From the IMG/VR virus record IMGVR_UViG_3300042988_001200: a stretch of DNA of 64,000 bases; one strand, written 5' to 3'. Below, in pieces: positions 18,349-27,516 of the stretch. Positions within the stretch are counted from its first letter, which is position 1. Each line of letters starts with the position of its first letter. The stretch is from a virus. Lineage: Duplodnaviria > Caudoviricetes. A program made the translations under genes and the position numbers. Below the pieces are notes generated by a model. That model was not told where the DNA came from. It ran no database searches and saw nothing but the letters and a program-made list of their open reading frames with translations.

Positions 18349-18623
18349 GTAGATATTTCTTTTAGGTTATAGAGTTTAAGTATAACTCTATCTCTTATAA
18401 CTTGATATAACTTATCCTTTATATTTATCTCAGATATAGGGTAAGACTTGTTGTTATATATAATCCTATCTACCTTTATATCCTTAACCTGTATATCTTT
18501 ATAAGGATATCTATAAGTATAAATACTTAAACCTAGATGAATATATATAAGCCATACATCTTGATGATTAGTTAACCAAGATGGAGGGTTTTTATCTATA
18601 GTTATATTAGTAATTTTATTCAT
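18285..18623 (-). CDS. Hypothetical protein
   Basis: 112-aa ORF occupying an otherwise empty interval; its 3' end overlaps the convergent ORF by 64 nt. Confidence 0.5.
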   Translation of the reverse strand: MNKITNITIDKNPPSWLTNHQDVWLIYIHLGLSIYTYRYPYKDIQVKDIKVDRIIYNNKSYPISEINIKDKLYQVIRDRVILKLYNLKEISTYKDKQSITNLVNERLLEDIK

Positions 18624-18627
18624 ACAT

Positions 18628-21444
18628 ATGAGTTGTAGATTAGAAAAATCTCAAAAGGAAGAAATACTGAGAATTGTATCTGCTATCGTAGGTCCACCTG
18701 CTCTTTATAAGGGTAAAAACTATGGTTTAAGTTTACAAGATATTAATTTAAGATTAAGTACATCAAAATCTGATGGAAACCCTTTGTCAGATAATGTTAT
18801 AGAAGATTATCATAAAGGAGTTATAAGATTACTAAAAACAGCATATTCTAATATAATCAAAGATTATAATGCGGGTAATACTAAGGATAAAAATACTCTT
18901 AAGCCTATAGCTCAATCTTTATTTAATTTATTTAATACAATAACTAATAAAAACTCTTGTAAGGATACTATAGGTCAAATAGAGGATTTTAAGGCTATAC
19001 TGGCTGCTACTACAACTAATACTGGAGCTGCTACTTCTCCTGCACCTACAGCTCCATCTCTACCAAGCTCTACTACTTCTAATACCTCAACATCTACCGG
19101 AGCTACACAGGCCACATCTACAGCTCCTCAACCTACTATATCTCAATGTGCTAACCCATATAAGGATAGATGGGGTGTTAAGTTTAGATATCTAGATAGT
19201 AAGACTGGGGTTACATGTGGAACATCTACTAATACTACATCTACTCTTAAGGAATGGTATCTTACCCTTCTACCAGCTATGAGAAGCGTTATGCCTAATA
19301 ATGGAGGACAGGATGTACCAGGAGCATTACCAGGTCTTCAATTTCAAATAAGAAGTAATATAGCTAAACATAAGATTCCAGGATTCCAACCTCTTTATCA
19401 ACATCTAGGGGTAGATTCTATTATCATTACTCTAATAGGTACATTTACTGGGGATGGGGGTTTAGGTTCTACCTATGATGTATCTACTAAATCTTCTACT
19501 AGTCTAGGTGTTTCATATACACCTTGGGATAGTAGAACTCCAGTTAACCCTATATGGAATGAAATAGTCCCTACTCATAATAGAGCTGCTAGAGGTACTG
19601 TCACTTTAGATGCTAATGGTAATGTTGTTCCTTTAGCTTCTAGTTCTTATAATGCTACTACTGGAGGAGGAGTTAATGGAGGAGGTATAGGTATTAATGA
19701 CAGTATCACTAATGTATCTACAGGAGACCCCAATGTGTTTATGACTAAGGATTTAACTAGAAATGGTATGTGGAATAGAGATGGTTGTCCTGGTGATTGT
19801 GAGCCTTATAATAAGGAATATAATGCTTATTCCTCTAAGGATGGTTCTATTACTATGAATAATCCTAGACAAATACTTAATAAAGACCAGGATGTATTTG
19901 GAGCTTATACATTAAGAGAGCTAGCCGCCTATAATGACTCCTACCATGAGTTTATTTCCTTCTATAAAATGGCTATACATGAAGCTAGAGAACTAGAGAT
20001 AGAGATTAATCTAAGACGTAATAGTGATGGATTAAACCCCCAGGTTAATAGCTTTCTTCAATATGGTAGAGATGCTGTAGGTTATCTAAGGAATGATGCA
20101 GGTAATCCCTACTTTAAAGGAGTAGTAAAGAATATGAGAGTGTTCCATGCTAGAAGTGATAGAACTTGGTATTCTATGGAGATAGAGGTGACTGATTATG
20201 GTATGGCTGGAGGACAGGCTCTTAATCTTACTAATAGAATAGAAGAACAGGCTAAGAAAGCTATAGTTGCTAGTGTGGCTGCTGTTAATAAGAGTAGAGC
20301 TGAAGCAGGGTCTTTGGGGTTAAAAACATTTGAATTAAGTGTAGACCCTGAATGTTTAAGGAAATTTTTAAAAGAAAAGTATAATGGACAACTTCCGGCT
20401 TATGATTATACAGAAGATAAAAAGTTTGTATATGGTAAATCTTATGTATTATGGTTGTTAGAAATAGGTACTGAAATAAATTTAATAAGTGAAATAAATA
20501 ATTCTAGATTGACTATAAAAGCTAATTCTAATCAACCTAGTATAGTTACAACTCCTCTTAATACTAAAGGATACTTTTTTGATTCTAAAACTGGATGGGG
20601 AGCTAAAAATGAAGTTATATTAACTCCCGATTCTTTAATTTTAGAATTACTTAATTATTACAAAGAAGCTCCTAATTTCCTTACTAAAACAAAACAGGAT
20701 ATTATTAATATTGTTAATAATCCTAATGTAATAATTAATAGTGTAAATCTAGATAAAGTAGAAAAGGAATCCGGGTGTCCTCCAGCTAATAATAAATCTC
20801 CCTCTTCTTCAGAGCCTTCTACTCATATTCCAGCTTGGGGAGATAACACATTTGAAGATTATAATGAAACCACTCCTACTGAATCTAGACCAGTAACATC
20901 TGCTACTTCTAATCCAGAGACTAAACCCCAGGATAATAAGGATAAAAAAGATGGTTCAACAAGTTCTATTACACCAGAGGGGCTTCCTATGATTGCTGAA
21001 GGAGATGGAGATTACCCTCCATCTGAAAGACCCCTTCCATATAGTAATGATATAAGAAAATGTATTTTTAATGAATTTATAAAAGATTCAGGTTGGATTG
21101 ACTCTAGAACAAGACCTCTTTATCCTATAGGGGCTCTGCTTAGAGAAGGATTAGAAATGGATAAGGGCTATCTTGATTATGTTATAAGAACGCTGGATAA
21201 ATTTCCTCCCTCTGAATATAATCTTGTAAAAAATGTAATAGGAAACGGTAGTTTAACTATTGTTTTAAATGGTGAAGATATTTCTAAAGGAGTTTTAATG
21301 GAACTTCAAAAAATACATGATTTAAAAGATACTAATAATGAAGAGTCAGAAAGACTAAAGAACTCATTAGTAAATTATATATCAAACCCTTCTATTGTTG
21401 TTAGAACTAGAGAATATGAAAAATGGTTATCAAATTGCAGCTAA
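18628..21444 (+). CDS. Virion structural protein, possible tail tube initiator/hub (P2 gpU-like segment)
   Basis: QIRSNIAKHKIPGFQPLYQHLGVDSIIITLIGTF resembles gpU/tube-initiator motifs; Thr/Ser/Pro linkers flank the central domain. Confidence 0.4.
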   Translation: MSCRLEKSQKEEILRIVSAIVGPPALYKGKNYGLSLQDINLRLSTSKSDGNPLSDNVIEDYHKGVIRLLKTAYSNIIKDYNAGNTKDKNTLKPIAQSLFNLFNTITNKNSCKDTIGQIEDFKAILAATTTNTGAATSPAPTAPSLPSSTTSNTSTSTGATQATSTAPQPTISQCANPYKDRWGVKFRYLDSKTGVTCGTSTNTTSTLKEWYLTLLPAMRSVMPNNGGQDVPGALPGLQFQIRSNIAKHKIPGFQPLYQHLGVDSIIITLIGTFTGDGGLGSTYDVSTKSSTSLGVSYTPWDSRTPVNPIWNEIVPTHNRAARGTVTLDANGNVVPLASSSYNATTGGGVNGGGIGINDSITNVSTGDPNVFMTKDLTRNGMWNRDGCPGDCEPYNKEYNAYSSKDGSITMNNPRQILNKDQDVFGAYTLRELAAYNDSYHEFISFYKMAIHEARELEIEINLRRNSDGLNPQVNSFLQYGRDAVGYLRNDAGNPYFKGVVKNMRVFHARSDRTWYSMEIEVTDYGMAGGQALNLTNRIEEQAKKAIVASVAAVNKSRAEAGSLGLKTFELSVDPECLRKFLKEKYNGQLPAYDYTEDKKFVYGKSYVLWLLEIGTEINLISEINNSRLTIKANSNQPSIVTTPLNTKGYFFDSKTGWGAKNEVILTPDSLILELLNYYKEAPNFLTKTKQDIINIVNNPNVIINSVNLDKVEKESGCPPANNKSPSSSEPSTHIPAWGDNTFEDYNETTPTESRPVTSATSNPETKPQDNKDKKDGSTSSITPEGLPMIAEGDGDYPPSERPLPYSNDIRKCIFNEFIKDSGWIDSRTRPLYPIGALLREGLEMDKGYLDYVIRTLDKFPPSEYNLVKNVIGNGSLTIVLNGEDISKGVLMELQKIHDLKDTNNEESERLKNSLVNYISNPSIVVRTREYEKWLSNCS

Positions 21445-21760
21445 AAGGAACCCTCCAATATACATTCTTAAAAACCAACTATACAAAGAGTCCAACTCTC
21501 CTATTTATTCTTATATTCCTATAATTAAATATATAGAATACCCCTCTATTTTTAACTCTAAAGAACAGTATCTTACACCTTATGACTATTACTATTACCT
21601 TTTTAATCTAGGTACAGACACTAAAAAGACTCTTGAAGATATTAGATATAGAAGGTTCAAGGGTATAGCTGTAGATTTAGATGCTTTGTATAGGTACTAT
21701 AAAACTAATGTTAAGGTTAAGGAGAAATACTTTAAACCTATAGTTTATGGTAAGTTATAG
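21416..21760 (+). CDS. Hypothetical protein
   Basis: The tracked ORF starts at a TTG (21395); the first ATG is at 21416 (MKNGYQIAAK...). Tyr-rich. Confidence 0.5.
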   Translation: MKNGYQIAAKRNPPIYILKNQLYKESNSPIYSYIPIIKYIEYPSIFNSKEQYLTPYDYYYYLFNLGTDTKKTLEDIRYRRFKGIAVDLDALYRYYKTNVKVKEKYFKPIVYGKL

Positions 21761-22246
21761 ACTACATAAGTTATATAAATACTCCCTTAGAACCTTTAAC
21801 TTTTCATAATCTTTATCTATTAGATAAGTCTTCTTTATATCTTCTAATACTTTATTAGCTATTAACTTATCTTTAGATAATAGAATAAAGTGTCCATTTG
21901 TACTTTGTTTAAAGGAATATTCATAATCTATAGGACATTTAGTTATTAGAACTCTATTATCTTTATACTCTAATATGTCATAGTTATATATTTTAAAGGG
22001 TGTAATACAGAGTTCTAGGTCTATATAGTCCTTATTTGGAGATAGAGTTACATAACTTTCATCAGTTCTTATTGCTTCTATATAGGCTCTAGATTCCATA
22101 AAAGGGTATTTAGACTCTAGGATACGTAGGTTATTAATATGAGCAACTACCCTTTTAGCTTCATCTAAATCTCTATAACACCCTATTAACTCATTGAAAT
22201 CTCTTTCTATATAGACAGCATACTGGGTTATTTCTTTATATTCCAT
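21755..22246 (-). CDS. Hypothetical protein, tandem paralogue B
   Basis: Aligns by eye with the neighbouring ORF (QYxVYxE...ExIGC...DEAK...IN; YI(N/D)LEL; YL(L/I)DKD...L..YLYN). Start reassigned to MEYKEIT by that alignment. Confidence 0.7.
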   Translation of the reverse strand: MEYKEITQYAVYIERDFNELIGCYRDLDEAKRVVAHINNLRILESKYPFMESRAYIEAIRTDESYVTLSPNKDYIDLELCITPFKIYNYDILEYKDNRVLITKCPIDYEYSFKQSTNGHFILLSKDKLIANKVLEDIKKTYLIDKDYEKLKVLREYLYNLCSL

Positions 22247-22766
22247 CTTTCCTAAAGTTATATAGATAATCAATAAGGTCTTTTAATCTATTAAAATCTT
22301 TATCTAATAGATATTTATCTTCTAGTTCTTCTAACAGCTTCTCAGCTATTGATTTATTTCTAGCTATGATTACAAAGGGGTAGATCCCTTTATTAGGTTT
22401 AATTAAGTATTGAAAGTTAGAAGGTACATTAGCTTCTAGTATAGAAACATTACTCTTTTTAATTTTATAATCCTCTACTCTAAAGGATAAAACATATAGT
22501 TCTAGGTTTATATATCCCTCTTTATAAGGAATATTAATACATTCAAAGGGGGTATTTATTACATCTAAATAAACAGTATAAGTAGAATAAGATAACTTAT
22601 CATATAAAGTCTGACCATTAATATAAGCAATTAGGTTCTTAGCCTCATCAATATTATTAAAACAGCCTATTATTTCTCTAGGGTTAGGTTCATTATAGTT
22701 ATCTCCTGTTCCCTTAGAGTTGTACTCCATATAGACAATATACTGTTCAATTGTTTCATTAGACAT
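22236..22766 (-). CDS. Hypothetical protein, tandem paralogue A
   Basis: Paralogue of 21755..22246; likely start MSNETIEQ at 22766. Confidence 0.7.
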   Translation of the reverse strand: MSNETIEQYIVYMEYNSKGTGDNYNEPNPREIIGCFNNIDEAKNLIAYINGQTLYDKLSYSTYTVYLDVINTPFECINIPYKEGYINLELYVLSFRVEDYKIKKSNVSILEANVPSNFQYLIKPNKGIYPFVIIARNKSIAEKLLEELEDKYLLDKDFNRLKDLIDYLYNFRKDGI

Positions 22767-22831
22767 AGGATAAAACCCCACTTATACGTTAGTATTTAGA
22801 CTATAGAATAAAGATAAAAGAACTATTTAAT

Positions 22832-24160
22832 ATGAGTTTATATGAAGATTATTACTATAACTTAATAGATAAAGTAAAGGATATAGAAGAAAGACCCATA
22901 CAGAGTATAAGTTTATTCATTAGTGAAGTTAGATTACAAAGACTGAACCATCCAGACTTCCCTTTTTATTACAAAGATATACCAATAGATAATCTAAAAA
23001 GCTCATTAAGTTGGATGGAACTAGTTAGTATAGTTAAGAATGAGAACTTTGAATATCTTAATACTCAATATATAAATGAACTTTTATATGAAGATAGACA
23101 GATAATTGGTAATGAAGGTTTAGTCAATCAAGACAATATTATAGATGAATACTACCTTTATGGCGATAATGATGGGGAATATGTTTCTATCTATAACAGT
23201 AATACCACCTTCTTTACTAATAAGAATATAAAAGTATGGTGCTTCTGTGATAACACTTCTATATCTCTATCTAATAGAAGGTATATATATTTACCAGTAA
23301 GTGAGAGGATAAGTTCTCATTTATCGTCTATACCTAAATATAAAGAGTGGAATATTTCTAGTGGTTATATAGGATATAAGGAGCCTAATGACCCTTTTCT
23401 TATTATTGGTAGAGTAGAACAGTGGTATAATTGGTATTCCTTAGTAGGGAGTGCTAAGAGTCACCCCTTTAATAAACATCTAGAGTTTACTAATAGAGTA
23501 ACAGAACAGGGTTATGACAAGGAGTTACTTTATGAGTATATAGATAATAAAGGTTTATTAGGTAGAGTGGGTTCTAGATATTTATCTATATATAAACCTA
23601 TAGATTTAAGTGGTCCTATAGGTTTAGCTAGAACATTAATAAAGGACCCTTGCTATGACCAGTATATAGGAGGTATACCCTCTAAGGGTTACTACCCATA
23701 TGACATAGGAGAGTTCACTGGTTATATAACCCAGGAGGATTATTTAGATAAACCCTGTTTCTTATATAAGAAGGGTATAAACTCCTGTTTCCTTAGTTTC
23801 TCCCCTCCTTCTAACTATATAGACTTTCCATTAGAGACAGGGATATATATACAAGAACAATATTGTAAGGAGAAGGTTTATATACCAGACCCATCCTCTA
23901 GATGCTCATGGGAATTAGTTATACAGGATTTCACCTGTTCTCCCTCTTTGGATAACCAGGACTTAATAGACCAATGTTTGATACTAGGGAATAACTCTTA
24001 TATCAATAACCAAATAAGTGGGTTAATGAATGATATAACGTATATAGTAGATGAATTCTTTTATTTCTCTTGTGTAAGAGATTTATTAAATCTACAGGAT
24101 ACTTTATACTCTGATACAACTTTAATAAACAATAGTTATTATATAAATACTAAAAGATAA
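22832..24160 (+). CDS. Hypothetical protein, probably virion structural
   Basis: 442-aa Tyr-rich ORF; its stop overlaps the next ATG (TAATG). Confidence 0.6.
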   Translation: MSLYEDYYYNLIDKVKDIEERPIQSISLFISEVRLQRLNHPDFPFYYKDIPIDNLKSSLSWMELVSIVKNENFEYLNTQYINELLYEDRQIIGNEGLVNQDNIIDEYYLYGDNDGEYVSIYNSNTTFFTNKNIKVWCFCDNTSISLSNRRYIYLPVSERISSHLSSIPKYKEWNISSGYIGYKEPNDPFLIIGRVEQWYNWYSLVGSAKSHPFNKHLEFTNRVTEQGYDKELLYEYIDNKGLLGRVGSRYLSIYKPIDLSGPIGLARTLIKDPCYDQYIGGIPSKGYYPYDIGEFTGYITQEDYLDKPCFLYKKGINSCFLSFSPPSNYIDFPLETGIYIQEQYCKEKVYIPDPSSRCSWELVIQDFTCSPSLDNQDLIDQCLILGNNSYINNQISGLMNDITYIVDEFFYFSCVRDLLNLQDTLYSDTTLINNSYYINTKR

Positions 24161-26010
24161 TGTTTAATTTACAAGTTAATAAAGCAGTAGTAGGTTCAGC
24201 TAACACTCAGATATATGAGGATCCAGTAGTAGGTAGTAATGGTACTGCCGTTCTTATGAGATATAACCACCTTATAGATGATTTAGAACAAGCTCTACAA
24301 AGTGTAATACCTATTACTAGAGGAGGATTAATAACTCTAGATATTAACTCTAATCCCTATGAGATTAATAAAGGATTAGAGTCTTATTGTTTAGTAGTAG
24401 ATAATGGCACATCTAGTGGTTTATCTTATAGAGAGAGAGTGGACCTTACTTCTAATCAATCTATAGGGGGACTTAAAACCTTTACAGGGATTACTACCCT
24501 AGCCTCCGGGTTTGTATCTAATGCTACATCCTCTATTAATGGGGGATTAACTATAACCTCCACTCTATCGGCTGGAGCTACTATTATTAATGGCAATATT
24601 AATGTTAAAGGAAGTTCCTTATTAGAGACTAGTGTTACAGTTGGAGGCTTATTAACTACATCTAGTCTACAAGTAACTAATGTTTCTACATTAAATGGAG
24701 GGTTCACTTCTAATGCTAATAGTTTAATTAGTGGAGATTTAATTATAGATAACAATCTAATAGTTGACCAATCTATAACTTCTAACTCTCTTATTACTAC
24801 CTCTATATCTATACCCTCTGTATTTAGTTCCTCTTCCTCTGGTACTACAGTAATAGGTAACTTTACTTCTACCTCTATTACTACTGGTAATCTATCAGCC
24901 TCTACTACTACTATTACAGGACTTGCATCTATATCTAATAGCCTATCTGTTACTGGTAAGACTACAACTGGTAGTTTAGAGGTAGATAGTAATGCTTTAT
25001 TAGAAGGGGTTCTATCAGTAAATGGTAATAGTAACACTAAGGGTATAACTAATATAGGTAATATTACTAATACTGGTAATGTTAATATTACTGGTCAACT
25101 AATAGTATCTGGTTCTACTACTTTACAAGCTATTACAGGCACTAGTATTAGTGGAACTAATCTTAATATTAGTGCTACTGGGTTTATATCTTCTATTGAT
25201 AGTGATTCCTTAGAATCTAATTCTATATCTACTAATACTCTAACTGCTACTGGTAACTCTAATCTAGAGGATATAGAAGCTAGTAATATTAATTGCCAAT
25301 CTATTACTTCCTTAGCTAGTTATATAGGAGTAGCTTCTGGTACTTCTCTATCTCTATCTGGAAATCTATCTACTAACTCTTTATCAGCCTCTATCACTAA
25401 TCTAGCTTCTCTAACAGTTACAGGTATATCTAACCTTAATCAATTAAATATAACTAGTAACTTATCTGTTATAGGTAATGGTGTAATTAATGATTTAGAG
25501 ATTAAGGGAGACTGTTTAGTTAAGGGTAGTCAGGTTATAGAGGATGGGTTATTAGTTATAGGTAGTATACAGGGTAGTAATGTTAGTGGTACTAATACAG
25601 GGGATGAGGGTGAAGCTACTCCTATAGAGTTAGGGGTAGTAAGGGTTGATATTAATGAAGTTAATCCTTTAGTTTATACAAAGACTACAGTTGATTCTAC
25701 TTTTATAAGAGTGGATAATAAAGGTCAGATAGATGGAGTAGCTCCCTTAAACTCTTCTTCTAAAGTTCCTTTTATACATTTACCTTATATAGTAAGTAGA
25801 TATACTACTACTTTTAATGAGAGTAATAGAGTGAGTAATAAGGTTTTAATAGAACATTTACTTAATACTAGAACTCCTGCCTCTATAACTATATGGAATG
25901 ACCAGTATGAAGTAATGAGTTTACCCATTAGAAGTACAACATTAGACCATATAGAGATAGATATTAGTGTAATTATAAATGGAGACTGGACTATTAAAAT
26001 ATTAAATTAG
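24160..26010 (+). CDS. Fibre/spike protein with S/T/G/N-rich beta-repeat shaft
   Basis: VDLTSNQSIGGLKTF, long alternating-hydrophobic S/T/G/N repeats, NVSGTNTGD and GVAPLNSSSKVP..LP motifs typical of phage fibres. Confidence 0.7.
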   Translation: MFNLQVNKAVVGSANTQIYEDPVVGSNGTAVLMRYNHLIDDLEQALQSVIPITRGGLITLDINSNPYEINKGLESYCLVVDNGTSSGLSYRERVDLTSNQSIGGLKTFTGITTLASGFVSNATSSINGGLTITSTLSAGATIINGNINVKGSSLLETSVTVGGLLTTSSLQVTNVSTLNGGFTSNANSLISGDLIIDNNLIVDQSITSNSLITTSISIPSVFSSSSSGTTVIGNFTSTSITTGNLSASTTTITGLASISNSLSVTGKTTTGSLEVDSNALLEGVLSVNGNSNTKGITNIGNITNTGNVNITGQLIVSGSTTLQAITGTSISGTNLNISATGFISSIDSDSLESNSISTNTLTATGNSNLEDIEASNINCQSITSLASYIGVASGTSLSLSGNLSTNSLSASITNLASLTVTGISNLNQLNITSNLSVIGNGVINDLEIKGDCLVKGSQVIEDGLLVIGSIQGSNVSGTNTGDEGEATPIELGVVRVDINEVNPLVYTKTTVDSTFIRVDNKGQIDGVAPLNSSSKVPFIHLPYIVSRYTTTFNESNRVSNKVLIEHLLNTRTPASITIWNDQYEVMSLPIRSTTLDHIEIDISVIINGDWTIKILN

Positions 26011-26011
26011 T

Positions 26012-26554
26012 ATGATAACTACAACAAGTAGAGAGATATTAAATCATTTAATAGAGGATTATCTAATAGATAATCTAGGATGTTTTCTTATATATTTACC
26101 AGAATTAGGCATAGATGATACTCCAACTGTGTTGGAGTATGAGAGAAGAAGAGATTTAACTATGAGTGAAGCTATCAATTATGAGATAGGTAAATATAGT
26201 CTTAATGGTTACTCGAGGTATATATTTAGGAGAGAAGAGATAGATTTAAAGAGGACTAATAGTCTAACAAGTATAACTATTAAACCTTTTTTCCAAGCAG
26301 TTGGAGATTATATGGAACCTTTTACCCATATATGTTTAGCTAGAGGATTATCTAGTGGAACTATAACTAATGGAAATAATAGAGGGAATCCTATAGGTTC
26401 ACTTATATTAACTAAGCCAGTACCTACTAATATTCTTCCTTCTATACCGGGTAGATTTGATATTCCAACTGGTTCTCTAGCTTTATATTTAGCCAATGGT
26501 ACTAGATATGAGACAGATATAAGTCTAGTAATTAGTACAAAGAATATGTTATAG
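26012..26554 (+). CDS. Hypothetical structural protein
   Basis: 180 aa, tightly packed in the virion operon. Confidence 0.55.
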   Translation: MITTTSREILNHLIEDYLIDNLGCFLIYLPELGIDDTPTVLEYERRRDLTMSEAINYEIGKYSLNGYSRYIFRREEIDLKRTNSLTSITIKPFFQAVGDYMEPFTHICLARGLSSGTITNGNNRGNPIGSLILTKPVPTNILPSIPGRFDIPTGSLALYLANGTRYETDISLVISTKNML

Positions 26555-26556
26555 AT

Positions 26557-27516
26557 ATGTTAACTAAGAGGCATTTATTAGAGTTAAGAAGAAAGTTCTA
26601 TTATACTTCTAGTGCTTTTGGAGGACCAGAAAATCTAATAGAGATATTGGAAAGAACTAATATAACGGGTATAGAAGTAGAAAGACAGGTTTATAGAATC
26701 TTATCTCATCCAGGAGAAGTAAAGGTTATAAGTCCCTGGGGCTTAGTATTAGATTTAATGAATAGGGATTATACAGGTATAAGTAGAAGTGATTCTATAT
26801 TAATAAAATACCCCTATGGAGTATATAACTCTAGAGGAGAAATCTTATATAAAGTAAAGAATCATAATGGTTACTTTGGTCTTAGTAGTCTAGATAAAAC
26901 TCTGGTCCTTCAATCTAAGACAGGGGAGATGTTTTATCTTAGATATAGCTCTATAGAAGGGGAGATGGTAGTTCTACTTATAGTAAATAATCTGGCTCTG
27001 GAGAATGCTTATCCTAATGTTATATCTGATAGAGACTTTATAGAACCTCCTCCTCTTAGAGATGAACAGTCAGGATTTAATTTTGAGAGACCCGCTATAG
27101 AACCTTTTAAAAGATGGATTAGACTTAATACTTCTAGTCTTACTTCTAAATCTAATATTCTAGTTCATCAGTTAATAGGCTCCCCTACGGTTATACCTTC
27201 TATAGAACAACTTATAACCAATACTCAGGTAGTTACAGAGGAGATTTTAATAGATAAGGAAATAATCATTTACTTAAAGAAGTCTGGATGGTTATGTATG
27301 AGACAGGGTAATAACCTTTGTGTATTTGATAATTTAACAGGAGAAGGTGTAGATAGAGTTATAGAAGCTAAGAGAGGAATTTATTACATAGCTGTAGGAG
27401 ATGAGATTAAAACTAGTATTAATATAAGGCAGGAACTGGGTCTTGTTTCTAGAGTACCTGTTAATTTATCTACAGATGATTCTATTAGTCTAGTAGGGGG
27501 TATAACTTATGCTTAA
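26557..27516 (+). CDS. Hypothetical protein
   Basis: 319 aa; overlaps the terL start by 8 nt. Confidence 0.6.
   Translation: MLTKRHLLELRRKFYYTSSAFGGPENLIEILERTNITGIEVERQVYRILSHPGEVKVISPWGLVLDLMNRDYTGISRSDSILIKYPYGVYNSRGEILYKVKNHNGYFGLSSLDKTLVLQSKTGEMFYLRYSSIEGEMVVLLIVNNLALENAYPNVISDRDFIEPPPLRDEQSGFNFERPAIEPFKRWIRLNTSSLTSKSNILVHQLIGSPTVIPSIEQLITNTQVVTEEILIDKEIIIYLKKSGWLCMRQGNNLCVFDNLTGEGVDRVIEAKRGIYYIAVGDEIKTSINIRQELGLVSRVPVNLSTDDSISLVGGITYA

Noticed and set aside
24456-25037. 193-aa minus-strand ORF
   Set aside because: It is an antisense shadow of the low-complexity fibre gene, whose codon bias leaves the opposite frame open.
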